64,000 nucleotides of DNA from an uncultured Actinomycetes bacterium (lineage in GTDB: Bacteria; Actinomycetota; Actinomycetes; S36-B12): positions 1,305,684 through 1,369,683 of the forward strand of contig CAVWJW010000008.1 in assembly GCA_963755335.1 (NCBI GenBank), written 5' to 3'. The position numbers and the translations under genes are program-made. The notes beneath the pieces were generated by a model. That model saw only the letters and a list, made by a program, of their open reading frames with translations, did not search any database and was not told the DNA's origin. This document shows positions 1-9,960 of the stretch, one piece after another (the stretch's first letter is position 1; each line of letters starts with the position of its first letter).

Positions 1-123
1 CGGGCACGGCGACATCGAGGTGGAGCGGAGCCCTGGTGTACCAGTGGGCGTGCGGTGACGTCTCGAGCGACGCCGTGCGTCAGCTCGTTCTCGACGCGGT
101 CGTCACGGCGACGATCGACGGCC

Positions 124-604
124 TCACTCGGGATCGGTGACGTCGGCCACCTGAGCGCCCAGGGCCGCGATGGCGTCGTCGGCCTGCACGATGACGGCGA
201 CTCCATGCCCGCCGGCGCCCAGGGCGACCTCGCGCCCCTGGACGCGCTCGTCGGCGATCACGGGCAGGGCATGCAGCGGTGCCGAACGGCGTGATGGTTC
301 CCCGCTCGAATCCCGTGACGTCCTTGGCGGTGGCCGCATCCGGCATCGACAGCCGGCTGACTCCGAGGAGGGCGCGCAGCTTCGGCCATGAGATCGTCCG
401 GTCGCCGGGGACGAGGACGAGCAGGAAGTCGTCCTCGGCCCGACGCACCACGATCGTCTTGACGACGTCCTGCACGGCGACGCCGCGGGCCTCGGCCGCC
501 TCGGCGAGGCTCGACACCCGACCGTGGGTGACGGTGCGGTGCGCGATGCCCGTCGCTTCGATGGCCTGCGCGGCACGCTGCTGGGGGTTCGACGGCTCGC
601 TCAT
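124..604 (-). CDS. YbaK/ProX-type aminoacyl-tRNA editing (deacylase) domain protein, frame broken once
   Basis: From Met at 604 (MSEPSNPQQ...[62 protein letters not shown]) in the 80..823 frame. The C-terminus ([27 protein letters not shown]...) continues in the 124..576 frame. Shift near 290. Confidence 0.6.
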
Positions 605-671
605 GCGAACAGTGTGCAGGAGCGGTTCCCCCTGTCTGGCACAGGTCCGGGAGGAATGGCAGGATCGCGCC

Positions 672-1604
672 ATGCGAATCGCCAACGACGTCACGGAGCT
701 CATCGGCAACACCCCCCTCGTCCGGATCCGCAAGGTGACGGACGGAGCAGGCGCCGAGGTCGCCGCGAAGCTGGAGTTCTTCAATCCCGCCCACTCGGTC
801 AAGGACCGCATCGGGGTGGCCATGATCGATGCCGCTCAGGCCGCCGGTCTCATCGGGCCCGACACGATCGTGGTCGAGCCGACGTCGGGCAATACGGGCA
901 TCGCCCTCGCGATGGTGTGCGCGGCGCGGGGGATCAAGATCGTCCTGACGATGCCCGAGACGATGTCGATCGAGCGGCGCGCTCTGCTGCGCGGCTACGG
1001 CGCTGAGCTGATCCTCACCCCGGGTCCCGAGGGGATGGGCGGCGCGATCGCCCGCGCGACCGAGCTCGCCGAGTCCGACCCCAAGTACTTCATGCCGCAG
1101 CAGTTCAAGAACCCGGCCAACCCCGCCATCCATCGGGCCACCACCGCCGAGGAGATCTGGAACGACACCGACGGCAAGGTCGACATCTTCATCGCGGGCG
1201 TCGGCACGGGCGGCACGATCACCGGCGTCGGCCAGCTGCTCAAGGAGCGCAACCCGGGCGTGCAGGTGATCGCCGTGGAGCCTGCGGCCTCGCCCGTCCT
1301 CGCGGGTGGTCAGAAGGGACCGCACCCGATCCAGGGCATCGGCGCGGGCTTCATCCCGGCGATCCTCGACACCGACGTCTACGACGAGGTCATCGGCGTC
1401 GCGGCCGACGAGGCACTGGCCATGGCGCGTCGTGCGGCGGTCGAGGAGGGCCTGCTCGTCGGCATCTCCTCGGGTGCGGCGCTGTGGGCGGCCCGCGAGG
1501 TCGCACAGCGACCGGAGAACGCCGGCAAGCTGATCGTCGTCATCATCCCGTCCTTCGGCGAGCGCTACCTGTCCACGGCACTGTTCGCCGGACTGTCCGA
1601 GTGA
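672..1604 (+). CDS. cysK: Cysteine synthase A (O-acetylserine sulfhydrylase)
   Basis: [19 protein letters not shown]...[13 protein letters not shown]...GTGGTITG...ISSGAA are classic PLP-dependent CysK motifs. The internal Met at 672 of ORF 279..1604 gives the usual ~310 aa length. Confidence 0.9.
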   Translation: MRIANDVTELIGNTPLVRIRKVTDGAGAEVAAKLEFFNPAHSVKDRIGVAMIDAAQAAGLIGPDTIVVEPTSGNTGIALAMVCAARGIKIVLTMPETMSIERRALLRGYGAELILTPGPEGMGGAIARATELAESDPKYFMPQQFKNPANPAIHRATTAEEIWNDTDGKVDIFIAGVGTGGTITGVGQLLKERNPGVQVIAVEPAASPVLAGGQKGPHPIQGIGAGFIPAILDTDVYDEVIGVAADEALAMARRAAVEEGLLVGISSGAALWAAREVAQRPENAGKLIVVIIPSFGERYLSTALFAGLSE

Positions 1605-2373
1605 CCCAGGGTCGCACCGTGCTGGGCGGGTTACGGCGGCGGGCCGCCCGCGCGCTGACGACCATGCGCAGCGACCTTCGGTCCGTCGTGGAACGCGATC
1701 CTGCCGCACGTACCGAGGTCGAGGTCGCCCTCCTGTACCCGGGAGTCCACGCGGTGTGGGCCCATCGGGTCAGCCACGCGCTCTGGCGCAAGGGGGCGCA
1801 CCTGCCCGCCCGCACGATCTCCCAGGGCGCTCGCTTCCTCACCGGGATCGAGATCCACCCGGCGGCCGACGCTCGGCCCGCGGCTCTTCATCGACCACGG
1901 CATGGGCGTGGTCATCGGCGAGACGGCGATCGTCGGCGCCGACGTCACGATCTACCACGGCGTCACCCTCGGCGGCACGAGCCTGGCCACGGCAAGCGCC
2001 ACCCGACCGTCGGCGACCGCGTGACGATCGGCGCGGGGGCCAAGGTCCTGGGCAACCTCGTCGGTGGGCGACGACTCACGGATCGGCGCGAACGCGGTGC
2101 TGGTGCGATCCGTCGATGACCACTCCGTGGTCGTCGGCGTACCGGGCCAGGTCATCGCGCACGGCATCACGTCGGAGCCCGATACCCGCCCGAAGCAGGA
2201 CTCGCCCGACGGCTCCCGATCCGGTGGGCCTGGCCGTCTCGACGCTGCTCACGCGGGTGGATCGACTGGAGGAGGAGGTGCTCGGTCACGAGCACGAGCA
2301 CCACAAGAGCCCGCAGAAGACCGCCAGCGGTGAATGGGAACTCGACTGGCGGGTCAGCGACTTCTCGATTTGA
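1601..2373 (+). CDS. cysE: Serine O-acetyltransferase, frame broken about 4 times
   Basis: GTG 1601 overlaps the cysK stop (GTGA). Hexapeptide-repeat blocks [54 protein letters not shown] and [29 protein letters not shown] lie in different frames. Single-base indels near 1868, 1985, 2062 and 2216. Confidence 0.75.
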
Positions 2374-2382
2374 CGCCCGGGC

Positions 2383-2406
2383 ACGCTCCACCGCAGCGTG
2401 GAGCGT
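2383..2406. terminator. Hairpin between convergent cysE and transporter genes (candidate bidirectional terminator)
   Basis: Perfect 9-bp arms ACGCTCCAC / GTGGAGCGT with a 6-nt loop, located between the two stop codons. No clear U-tract. Confidence 0.35.
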
Positions 2407-4050
2407 CAGAACCGACCGATGAGGGGTGCCACGATCACCTTGACGATCATCGCGGCGGGGTACACGAGCGCATAGCCGAGGTTTACCCTCGCGTCGTCAT
2501 GCGTCTGCTCGTTCGAGTAGGCGAGCACGGCGGGCTGGGTCTGGCTGCCGGCGAGGATGCCGCCCATGCGCGGACCGTAGATGCCAGCCAGCAGTCGTCC
2601 GCCGATGAGGATGGTCGCGGCCGTGATGGTCGTGACGACGATGCCGACCGCGAACAGGCGCAGTCCGGTCGGACCGGCCAGCGCGTCCGCCAGGGCCGCA
2701 CCCGAATTCGATCCGGCGTAGGCGAGGAACAGGCTCATGCCGAGGGCGGTGAGGGTGGCCGCGACCGCGTGCGGGATCGTCCACAGGACCGGCCCGGTGC
2801 GCTGGAGGCGACCGACGATCAGGCCTACCACCAGGGGACCGCCTGCCATGCCGAGGGCGAAGTGGCCGCCGCCGGGCAGCGGGAACTGCAGCAGGCCGAT
2901 GAGGACGCCGAGTGCCAGGCCCAGGGCAAGGCTGGTGATCGAGTAGGCCGAGGCGCCCTTCTCGGAGTCGCCCAGGAAGTCCGCCACGTCGTCCATGCGC
3001 CGTCGCGGGGCGACGATCCGGACGCGGTCACCGACCTGCAGCACGAGGTCGTCGGTAGCCAGGAGATCGACGTCACCGCGACGAACGCGGGTGGCGACGG
3101 CGCCGAACTTGCGACGCAGGTGCAGGTCGCCCAGGTGCTGCCCGGCGATCTTCCGGTTCGATACGGCGATGCGGCGATAGTCGACGAGGGAACGGTCCAA
3201 GGTGAGCGCGACGCTCGACAGGATGCCCCACCTGGGCGGTGAACCGCTCCACGGCCTCCTGCTCGCCGATGACGGTGATGATGTCACCGGGCATGGGAAC
3301 GCCGTCATCGGTCGCGACGTCAACGATGCCTGGATGGCCGGGGGTGTCGCCGCGCATGATGCGGGAGAAGACGATGTGGTGGTCGTACTGGTCGGCCAGG
3401 ACTCCGAAGTCGGGCAGTCCGGCCGTCTCGACGCGGACGGTCGTTCCGTCCAGCTGGGGCGGCAGCGGGTCTTCGACGACGGGCGCGAGGGCCTTGTTCG
3501 GGGCCGACATCCGCAGCCCGATCGCGGCGGCGAGCAGCATGCCGAGCACGCCGAACAGGTACGTCACCGAGTAGCCGACGGTCGGGCAGGTCGGAGGCCC
3601 AGGCCTCGGTGGCGGCGGCCAGCGCGGGGGTGTTGGTCAGCGCGCCGGCGTAGATGCCCGACAGGATCGGGCCCTCGAGGCCGAGTGAGTGCGCTGCCGA
3701 GCACGGTCACGACGGCGCCCAGCAGGAGGCCGCCGATCACCACGCCCAGGGCGCGACCACCCGTCTTCATGGCGGCGAAGAACGACGGTCCGGCCCCGAC
3801 CCCGATGACGTACGCGAAGACGGCGAGGCCGAAGGTGCCCAGGATGACGCGGCAGCTTGAGGCGGTCGTCGTACGCCGAGAAGGCCAGCGCGGTGAACAG
3901 CACCGCGGCCGGGCCGAGGGAGAAGCTGCCGATCTTGATGGCCCCGATCGCCCCGCCGATCGCGAGGATGACCATCAACAGCAGCAGTGGCTGCTCGGCG
4001 GCGATATCGGCGTACTGCTGCAAGATCTGGCTCACGTCCACGGGATTCAT
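2406..4050 (-). CDS. YidE/YbjL/AspT-family (AAE) transporter with two internal TrkA-C (RCK_C) domains, several frame breaks
   Basis: N-terminus MNPVDVSQILQQYADIAAEQPLLLLMVILAIGGAIGAIKIGSFSLGPAAVLFTALAF (3637..4050 frame). RCK_C-like segments TTVRVETAGLPDFG...GDIITVIGEQEAVERF and GQHLGDLHLRRKFGAVATRVRRGD...LQVGDRVRIVAP. C-terminal membrane half in 2406..3323. Pieces lie in at least 4 frames. Confidence 0.7.
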
Positions 4051-4133
4051 TATTGCGGGTCGACGCCTGCAAACGCTTACGTCACCGGCGTGACGTCACT
4101 CACGCGGCCCTGCATCGCCCGCCCGCCCGCACG

Positions 4134-5836
4134 TCAGCCGGCGGTGCCGGCGTCGTGGCCCTCGAGGACCAGCCCGTAGGCGACGGCCCATCGATGGTCG
4201 AGGGTCCCCGCGACTCTCGCCCGCCCGACCGTGACGTCGCGCAGGGTCGGTGCCAGGGCCTCGAGCAGCTCGTCATCGCCGGCCGGCCCACCGGTCACGA
4301 CGACCTGGCTGGGCCGCGCAGACGGGTCCACAGCAGCGAGGAGCCGGGTGAGGTTGTCGGCGAACACCCACCGCTTCAGGGACAGGCGCAGCGATCGCCA
4401 TTCGGCCAGCGACAGGCTGCGCGAGAACGGCAGGTCGCCGCTCGGCCCCCGCACGACGAGCCAGCCGACGGTGCCATGCGGCGCGGCGGAGTCCAGGAAG
4501 CGTCGCTCGCCGGACTCGTCGGAGACCACGTGCGGAGCGTCCACGCGGCTTGCCGGGCCGCGCTTCACCCACTCCGCGGCGCCACCAGAGATGGCGAGGG
4601 CATGACGGGTTGCGGCGGTCATCAGCTCGCCGCTGCCGGCCGCTGTGGCGCTGCGGCCATGGGAGTCGATGAGGTCGACCGTGCCGCCCCCGAGGTCGAG
4701 CACCCACGCGTCCGCGCTCGCGCCGGGGGTCGTGAGCGAGCCGCGTCGGCTCGCGGTTCCCTCGTCGCTGATCACCTCGACGGCTCCGCTCCACTCGCGG
4801 GCGAACGCGTCCGTGCCCTCCGTGGACCAGCGGTCGGCTGCGAGGGACGACACGACGAGGGACTGCTCGCGCACCGTGCCGGCTCGAAGCCCCGGCAGAT
4901 CGCTGACGTCGGTGAGGTCCACCAGCCACAGGTCGTCGACCCGCTCGTGCGCGCCCCCAGGTGCGCGCAGCGACCGAACCGCCGGGAGGGTCAGCTGCAG
5001 GAGGATAGACCGGGCCGACGGCAGGTCGACCTCGCGGTCGTCCCGCAGCAGCACGCTGCCGCGGTCGGCGACGACCGCGCCCTCCGGCGCCGCCGACTGG
5101 CGAAGCCGCCCGATCACCGCGTCACGGTGCCCGCGGGTAACGGCCGCCGCAGACACGGCATGACGCTGCTCGTCGAGGGCCAGCTCCAGGGCGTGCACCA
5201 GCCAGAGCGGGTCGGCGAGCGTCGTGACGAGCTGCCCCGACCCGGCGACCTCCAGCGCGATGAGGTCGCAGGCGAGGGCCTGCGAGGGGTCGACGCAGTC
5301 GGCCACCGGCAGGGATCGCTCGAGGCGGGCAGCCACCAGGGCCGCCTCGTCCCCGGCCAGCAGCACGCCGGCGATGTCGCTGCGACGTGACTGCCAGGCG
5401 ACGATCGCGGCTGTCGTGGCCCGGAACCCCAGTGGATCCTCGGCGACGAGCACCAGCGGTCCGGCGCCGACCGTGGCGGGATCCGAATCGACCCGAACCG
5501 GGCGGCCGACGCCGCTGCCGGATCCTGCCGGGGTCGAGGCGCCGGTGGACAGGACCGTCAGACGACCTAGGTCGGCGGGGGCCTCAGGGACGTCGATCCG
5601 ACCGGTGTGCACGGGCCGCTGCGGGGTGACGAACACCGTCTCGATCTCGAGCGTTCCTCGTCTGGCCGCCCGCGCCAGCAGTGCGGCCGCCGCTCGCGCC
5701 GGACTCTGCCGAGCCCTTCCGGCCTCGAGTGGGAGCCCGTTCGGTCGACGACGACATGGGGAGGTGACGCCGAGACGTCGGCGACGACGACCTCGGTGGT
5801 CGAGTTCCCGATGTCGACACCGGCGACGAGCTTCAC
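4134..5836 (-). CDS. Diol/glycerol dehydratase reactivase, large (ATPase) subunit, 2 frame breaks
   Basis: N-terminus MKLVAGVDIGNSTTEVVVA matches the DdrA/PduG-type start (xIAGIDIGNSSTEV). The long C-terminal ORF 4134..5636 has LDLGGGTVDLID and VVVTGGPAGDDEL actin-fold ATPase motifs. GTG 5836 overlaps the upstream stop. Shifts near 5745 and 5700. Confidence 0.8.
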
Positions 5837-6189
5837 GCCAGCAGGCCGCGCGCCAGGTACGCCTGGGCTGCCTCCCGCACCAGTGCGGCGTTCAGCGGAG
5901 CGTCCCGCGCATCGAGGTCGCGCGCGATCTGCTCGAGCTGCGCGCCCGTGGACCGACGCGGGCGGAGTGCCTCGTAGATGGCCAGCACGAGGTCGTCAGG
6001 CAGGACGGACAGTTCCGCTGCGCGCCGGAAGTTCGCCGCCAGCTGCGGGTTGCCGTGGCTGGCCGCCACCTCTGCCTGGTGCTCGAGGGTCGACGGGTCG
6101 ATGCGGATGTCGTCCACGGCGACATCGCCACCGCGTACGGCGTCGAGCGTGATGTCGTCGACGGATCGACCGGACTTCGCGCGGGTCAC
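5833..6189 (-). CDS. B12-dependent diol/glycerol dehydratase small (gamma) subunit
   Basis: VTRAKSGRSVDDITLDAVRGGDVAVDDIRIDPSTLEHQAEVAASHGNPQLAANFRRAAELSVLPDDLVLAIYEALRPRRST aligns by eye with the PduE/PddC core (LDDLTLENV...MRITPETL...NFERAAEL...PDDRILEIYNALRPYRST). GTGA overlap with the beta stop at 6186. Confidence 0.8.
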   Translation of the reverse strand: MTRAKSGRSVDDITLDAVRGGDVAVDDIRIDPSTLEHQAEVAASHGNPQLAANFRRAAELSVLPDDLVLAIYEALRPRRSTGAQLEQIARDLDARDAPLNAALVREAAQAYLARGLLA

Positions 6190-8439
6190 GATCGCACCAC
6201 CTCCATCTCCTCCGGTCCCGCAGTCGGGTCGCACCACTGCCGTTCGATCGCCACCAGCGACACGACGGTCGTGTGGTACCGGGCCTCGATGGCCTCGTCG
6301 GAGTAGGGATTGCGCTCCGGCTCGGGCGTGGCCCCCTTCGCATGCCGACCTGCGTTGACACCGAGCTGGCGATAGGACTCCCGGCTCAGGCTCGGCGCGA
6401 CGGAGTACAGCTCGAGGTTCGCCAGCGGCGAGAGGTCGCGTCGGTGGATCAGGGCAGTGCCCTTGGCCTGCAGGCCGACGCCGATGCCGGAGCCCGAGAG
6501 GCGGGCGGCCGTCAGGCCGATGAGGCCGAGATCGATCGTGTCGTTGATGCGGACCACGCGGCCGACGCAGCCTTCCTCCTCTAGGCCGGCGAGCAGCTCG
6601 TCGAGTGCGTCGTCGACGGTGAGACCCGCTCAGGGTCTGCCAGATCGCCCGACCGGCCGCGGGGGAGACACCGATGACGACGTCACGGGGGTCGTCCCGG
6701 CGTTCGGCGGGACCGGTCGCCCTCAGGGTGCTGGAGGCGTGCTCCTGCTGCTGGGCGCGAAGGTCGTCGACGGATCGCTGCTGACGGATGGCGTCGATCT
6801 CCCGCTGCCGCTGCGGCGTCGGCTCGTAGCCGGTGCCGGGGCCGGAGTAGTCGTTCGGATCCGTGACGAGGGACAGGATGTCCATCTCCTCGTTGAAGAT
6901 CGCCGCAGTCTGGAGATAGTCGCCGTGCACGCGGGCGTGCAGCATCTGCAGCATCCGCTCGGCCTCGACCTCGTAGCCGGCCTCGTCGAGGGCCCGGATG
7001 ACGTCGATCATGGTGATGTTGGTGTCGCGGATCAGGCGGGACGCCGACAACGGAGTCATCAGATCGGCGTCAGGGACGTCCTTCGAGCCCGCCGCGTCGA
7101 CCGCCTGCGCCGCCCAGGCATCGGTGAAGTCGCCGAGACCGAGGATGCGGTACACGTCGCGTACCGCGGCGACGGCCCGTTCGCGCAGTGCGGCAACGTG
7201 CGGTTCGGCCGCTGTGCGCAGTCCGGCATCGACTCCCCAGTCGCGTTGCATGGCCAGGAAGTCGTCGATGTCCTCGGAGTTCCACTGGCTGGGCCCGAAC
7301 ATGTTGTCGTAGCGCTGGATGGAGCCGAAGCCGCTGCAGATGAAGTCGGAGCCGCCGATGAAGATCGGGTGCGTGCGTGACGTGCGCCGCACGTCGGACT
7401 CGCTCATCAGGGCGTCGTTGCCGGTGCAGGCCTCGAGGTTGCGCACCATCACCATGAGGTTCTCGGCCATCAGGCTGCGCACGCCACCGGGCACGGCGCC
7501 GGCGACAGACGCGGAGTCGATCCCGCCGTTCTGGACGCCCTGCGAGCCGATCGCCCGGGCGAGGGCGACGCAGCGGGACTCGAGGTAGAACATCGAGCAG
7601 CCTTCGGCGCTGCCCATCAGGGCCTCCGCGCCCCCGCCTGACGTCACGCGCATCTTGATGCCCCGGCTGGCATACGCCGAGGTCAGGAAGGCCTTCGACC
7701 ATGGGGTGTCGTCGCCGTCGATGAAGATCTGCTCGGTGCCGTACAGGGACACCGTCTCGGCGTACGACACGAGGCCGCGCATGCCCATCTCGAGCTCGAG
7801 GGCCTCCTCGACCGAGCACTGGACGAGGATCCCTGGCGAACCGACGGCCGCGCCGATGCTGACGGCGATGGCATTGGACGGAGCATCGCCGAGGACGGGA
7901 ACGGTCGTCTCGATCTCCCGGAAGCCGAAGGCGGCCGCGGTCGCGGCGTCCGCGGCCAGCAGCAGTGGGTCATCGGACCTGTTCGTCACATGGGCCTGGT
8001 TGCTCGGCGTGCGTCGGGCCCGGCACTTGGTCATCGCGAGGGTGAGCTCGGCCGGCCGCAGCAGGGTGAGGACGCAGGCGAGCTTGGCCGGCGTCATGCC
8101 GCTGGCCAGCCGCACGATCTCGGATCGTGGGACGCCCGGATCCACGATCATGCGGGCGAAGGCGAGGTCCGGGACGCCCATGGCCTCGTCGGCCACCGTG
8201 AGGTCGAGGCCGTGAGCGGCGATGAACGCGTCCAGGAGGTCGAAGTCCGCCGCCGCGCGCGAATCCATCTCCGTGACGCGGCCGTCGGTGATGACCAGCG
8301 AGGGTGCGGGATCCGCGGGGGAGGCGAACGCCATCAGTCCGAGTGCGGCGTCCTCGACGGCGAAGCCGTCGAGGTTCACGCGCTGCTCGTCCATGAAACG
8401 GAAGCGGCCGATCGGCCGCCGACCATCGCCCTCGCTCAT
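6186..8439 (-). CDS. B12-dependent diol/glycerol dehydratase, large (alpha) and medium (beta) subunits in one reading frame, 1 frame break
   Basis: Alpha part: FMDEQRVNLDGFAVED...VQCSVEEALELEMGMRG...SRGIKMRVTSGGG...FYLESRC...GNDALMSESD...QRDWGVDAGL. It runs without a stop into the beta motifs DVVIGVSPA...TLSG. After a shift near 6624 it continues ...RVVRINDTIDLGLIGLTAARLSGSGIGVGLQAKGTALIHRRDLSPLANLELYSVAP (6186..6557 frame). Confidence 0.8.
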
Positions 8440-8870
8440 GCGTCACGCTCCGTCTCGAAGGCAGCCCGTGCGGCCTCGGCGGCTGAACGGTCCTGGTTGG
8501 CCGAGCCACCGCTGACACCGACGCCGCCGACGACACGGTCACCGTCCCACAGCGGCAGCCCGCCGGCGAACGCGATGTAGCGGCCGGAATCGGCGGAGTT
8601 CATGCCGGCGAGCTCGGCACCGGGGGAGACCAGCGCCGTGAGCTCGTGCGTCGCGGACCTGTGCGCCACCGCCGTGAAGCCCTTGTCGCGGGCGAGGACC
8701 GGACCGGCGATCTCTGCTCCGTCCATGCGCTGGAACGCGATCAGGTGCCCGCCCCCGTCGACCACCGCCACGGAGACGAGGGCGCCGGCGGACGCGGCGC
8801 TGTTCAGTGCCGCCGCGCACATGCGTTGCGCCAGGGCCAGATCCATCTCGAAACGAGTCACCCGCGCCAT
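8436..8870 (-). CDS. DUF336 / GlcG / PduO-C-terminal-like (haem-degrading fold) protein
   Basis: 144 aa with VSVAVVDGGGHLIAFQRMDGA...ARDKGFTAVA...GGLPLWDGDRVVGGVGVSGG, typical of DUF336. ATGA overlap with the dehydratase start. Confidence 0.75.
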   Translation of the reverse strand: MARVTRFEMDLALAQRMCAAALNSAASAGALVSVAVVDGGGHLIAFQRMDGAEIAGPVLARDKGFTAVAHRSATHELTALVSPGAELAGMNSADSGRYIAFAGGLPLWDGDRVVGGVGVSGGSANQDRSAAEAARAAFETERDA

Positions 8871-9877
8871 GCTGCTGCGACCTTCCGCATCTGTTCATGC
8901 ATGCCGTTCATGGGTTGGACGGCTCCGAGCACGCTCTTCGGCACCTTGCACACGACTGTGTAGTTCGTGTCGACGACATTGGCGATCGGGGTGAGGGCCG
9001 CCTGCGACACGAGCTGGTAGGCGTCGATGATCGTCTGTCCGGTCAGCTCGGAGACCCACAGGACCATCTGCTGGTGCGCGATGCGGAAGGCGTCCTCGAG
9101 CGGGCGCGCCGATCCCGTCGTCATGACGAAGTCGTCGCTCTCGATGCGCGGCCAGGGAGTGGGGTGTCCGTGCACGATGTCGAGGACCACCGTGCTGTCC
9201 ATGGCGCACTCCACCGCCACGCCGCATGTCTCGCCCTCCCCCTGCCGGGCATGGCCGTCGCCCAGGCTGAACATCGCTCCGTCGACGTTGACACCCAGGT
9301 AGCAGGTGACCCCTACGCGCATCTCCGGCGTGTCCATGTTCCCGCCCCAGTCGCCGGGGGCCAGCGAGGAGCGCACTTCGCCGAGGGCGGGCGCCACACC
9401 GACGGTTCCGTGCATCGGATCGAGGGGGAGCGCGGCCGTGAAGGGAGTGTCCGCGGCCATGTAGCGGACCAGGGCCTCGGCCCGGTCGATCTCGTAGATC
9501 CAGGTGCGTTCCAGCAGTGCGCCGTGCAGCATCGCCGTCGTAGGTGTGGCCGTCAGCGACCCGAAGAACGGCACGGTGCTGCTGACACCCCACGCCTCGC
9601 GGGGCTCGATGGACACGAAGTGGACGGCGAGGGTGTCACCGGGTTGTGCGCCCTCGACGTAGAAGGGGCCGGACTGGGGGTTGAGCAGGCGCGGGTCGCA
9701 GACCTGGCTGGCGAGGTCGGACGTGCTGCGCACGCGGCCGCCGAAGCAGTCCATCGTCCACGTCGACAGGACCGTCCCGGGGCGGACGGACGCGACGGGG
9801 GGCACCCCGCCGAACGTGTAGGTGTAGGTGGTCGGATCAGCGTCGGCGTCGGGCTCCCAGCGAAGCTCCTCGGGCAC
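8858..9877 (-). CDS. Acetamidase/formamidase (FmdA_AmdA) family amidohydrolase
   Basis: LNPQSGPFYVEGAQPGDTLAVHFVSIEP...GDWGGNMDTPEM...GAMFSLGDGHARQGEGETCGVAVE are family hallmarks. Preferred start is GTG 9877, preceded by GAGGAGG. ORF 8858..9937 extends slightly further upstream. Confidence 0.8.
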   Translation of the reverse strand: MPEELRWEPDADADPTTYTYTFGGVPPVASVRPGTVLSTWTMDCFGGRVRSTSDLASQVCDPRLLNPQSGPFYVEGAQPGDTLAVHFVSIEPREAWGVSSTVPFFGSLTATPTTAMLHGALLERTWIYEIDRAEALVRYMAADTPFTAALPLDPMHGTVGVAPALGEVRSSLAPGDWGGNMDTPEMRVGVTCYLGVNVDGAMFSLGDGHARQGEGETCGVAVECAMDSTVVLDIVHGHPTPWPRIESDDFVMTTGSARPLEDAFRIAHQQMVLWVSELTGQTIIDAYQLVSQAALTPIANVVDTNYTVVCKVPKSVLGAVQPMNGMHEQMRKVAAAWRG

Positions 9878-9906
9878 GGTTCCTCCTCGCGAACGGTGGG
9901 GAAAGT

Positions 9907-9944
9907 CTGAGGGGTGCACGCCCGTCGGGCAATGCACCCCTCAG
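9907..9944 (-). other. Long perfect inverted repeat (RNA hairpin / attenuator candidate) between permease and formamidase genes
   Basis: CTGAGGGGTGCA (9907-9918) and TGCACCCCTCAG (9933-9944) are perfect 12-bp arms. The spacer holds a nested palindrome GCCCGTCGGGC (9920-9930). No U-tract. Confidence 0.4.
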
Positions 9945-9960
9945 CGAGTGTTTCAGCGGG

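Noticed and set aside
1-123. Possible C-terminal fragment of a plus-strand gene ending at TGA 56-58 (…GHGDIEVERSPGVPVGVR*)
   Set aside because: It is only 18 codons with mixed third-position composition and no recognisable motif. That is too short to support a call.
5833-8439. 868-aa track ORF suggesting an alpha-beta-gamma triple fusion of the dehydratase
   Set aside because: Only the alpha-beta junction is continuous in true reading. After the indel near 6624 the track ORF runs through an out-of-frame stretch (HRRRRTRRAARRPRGG...). It then happens to rejoin the gamma frame. Beta really ends at 6186, and gamma starts at GTG 6189.
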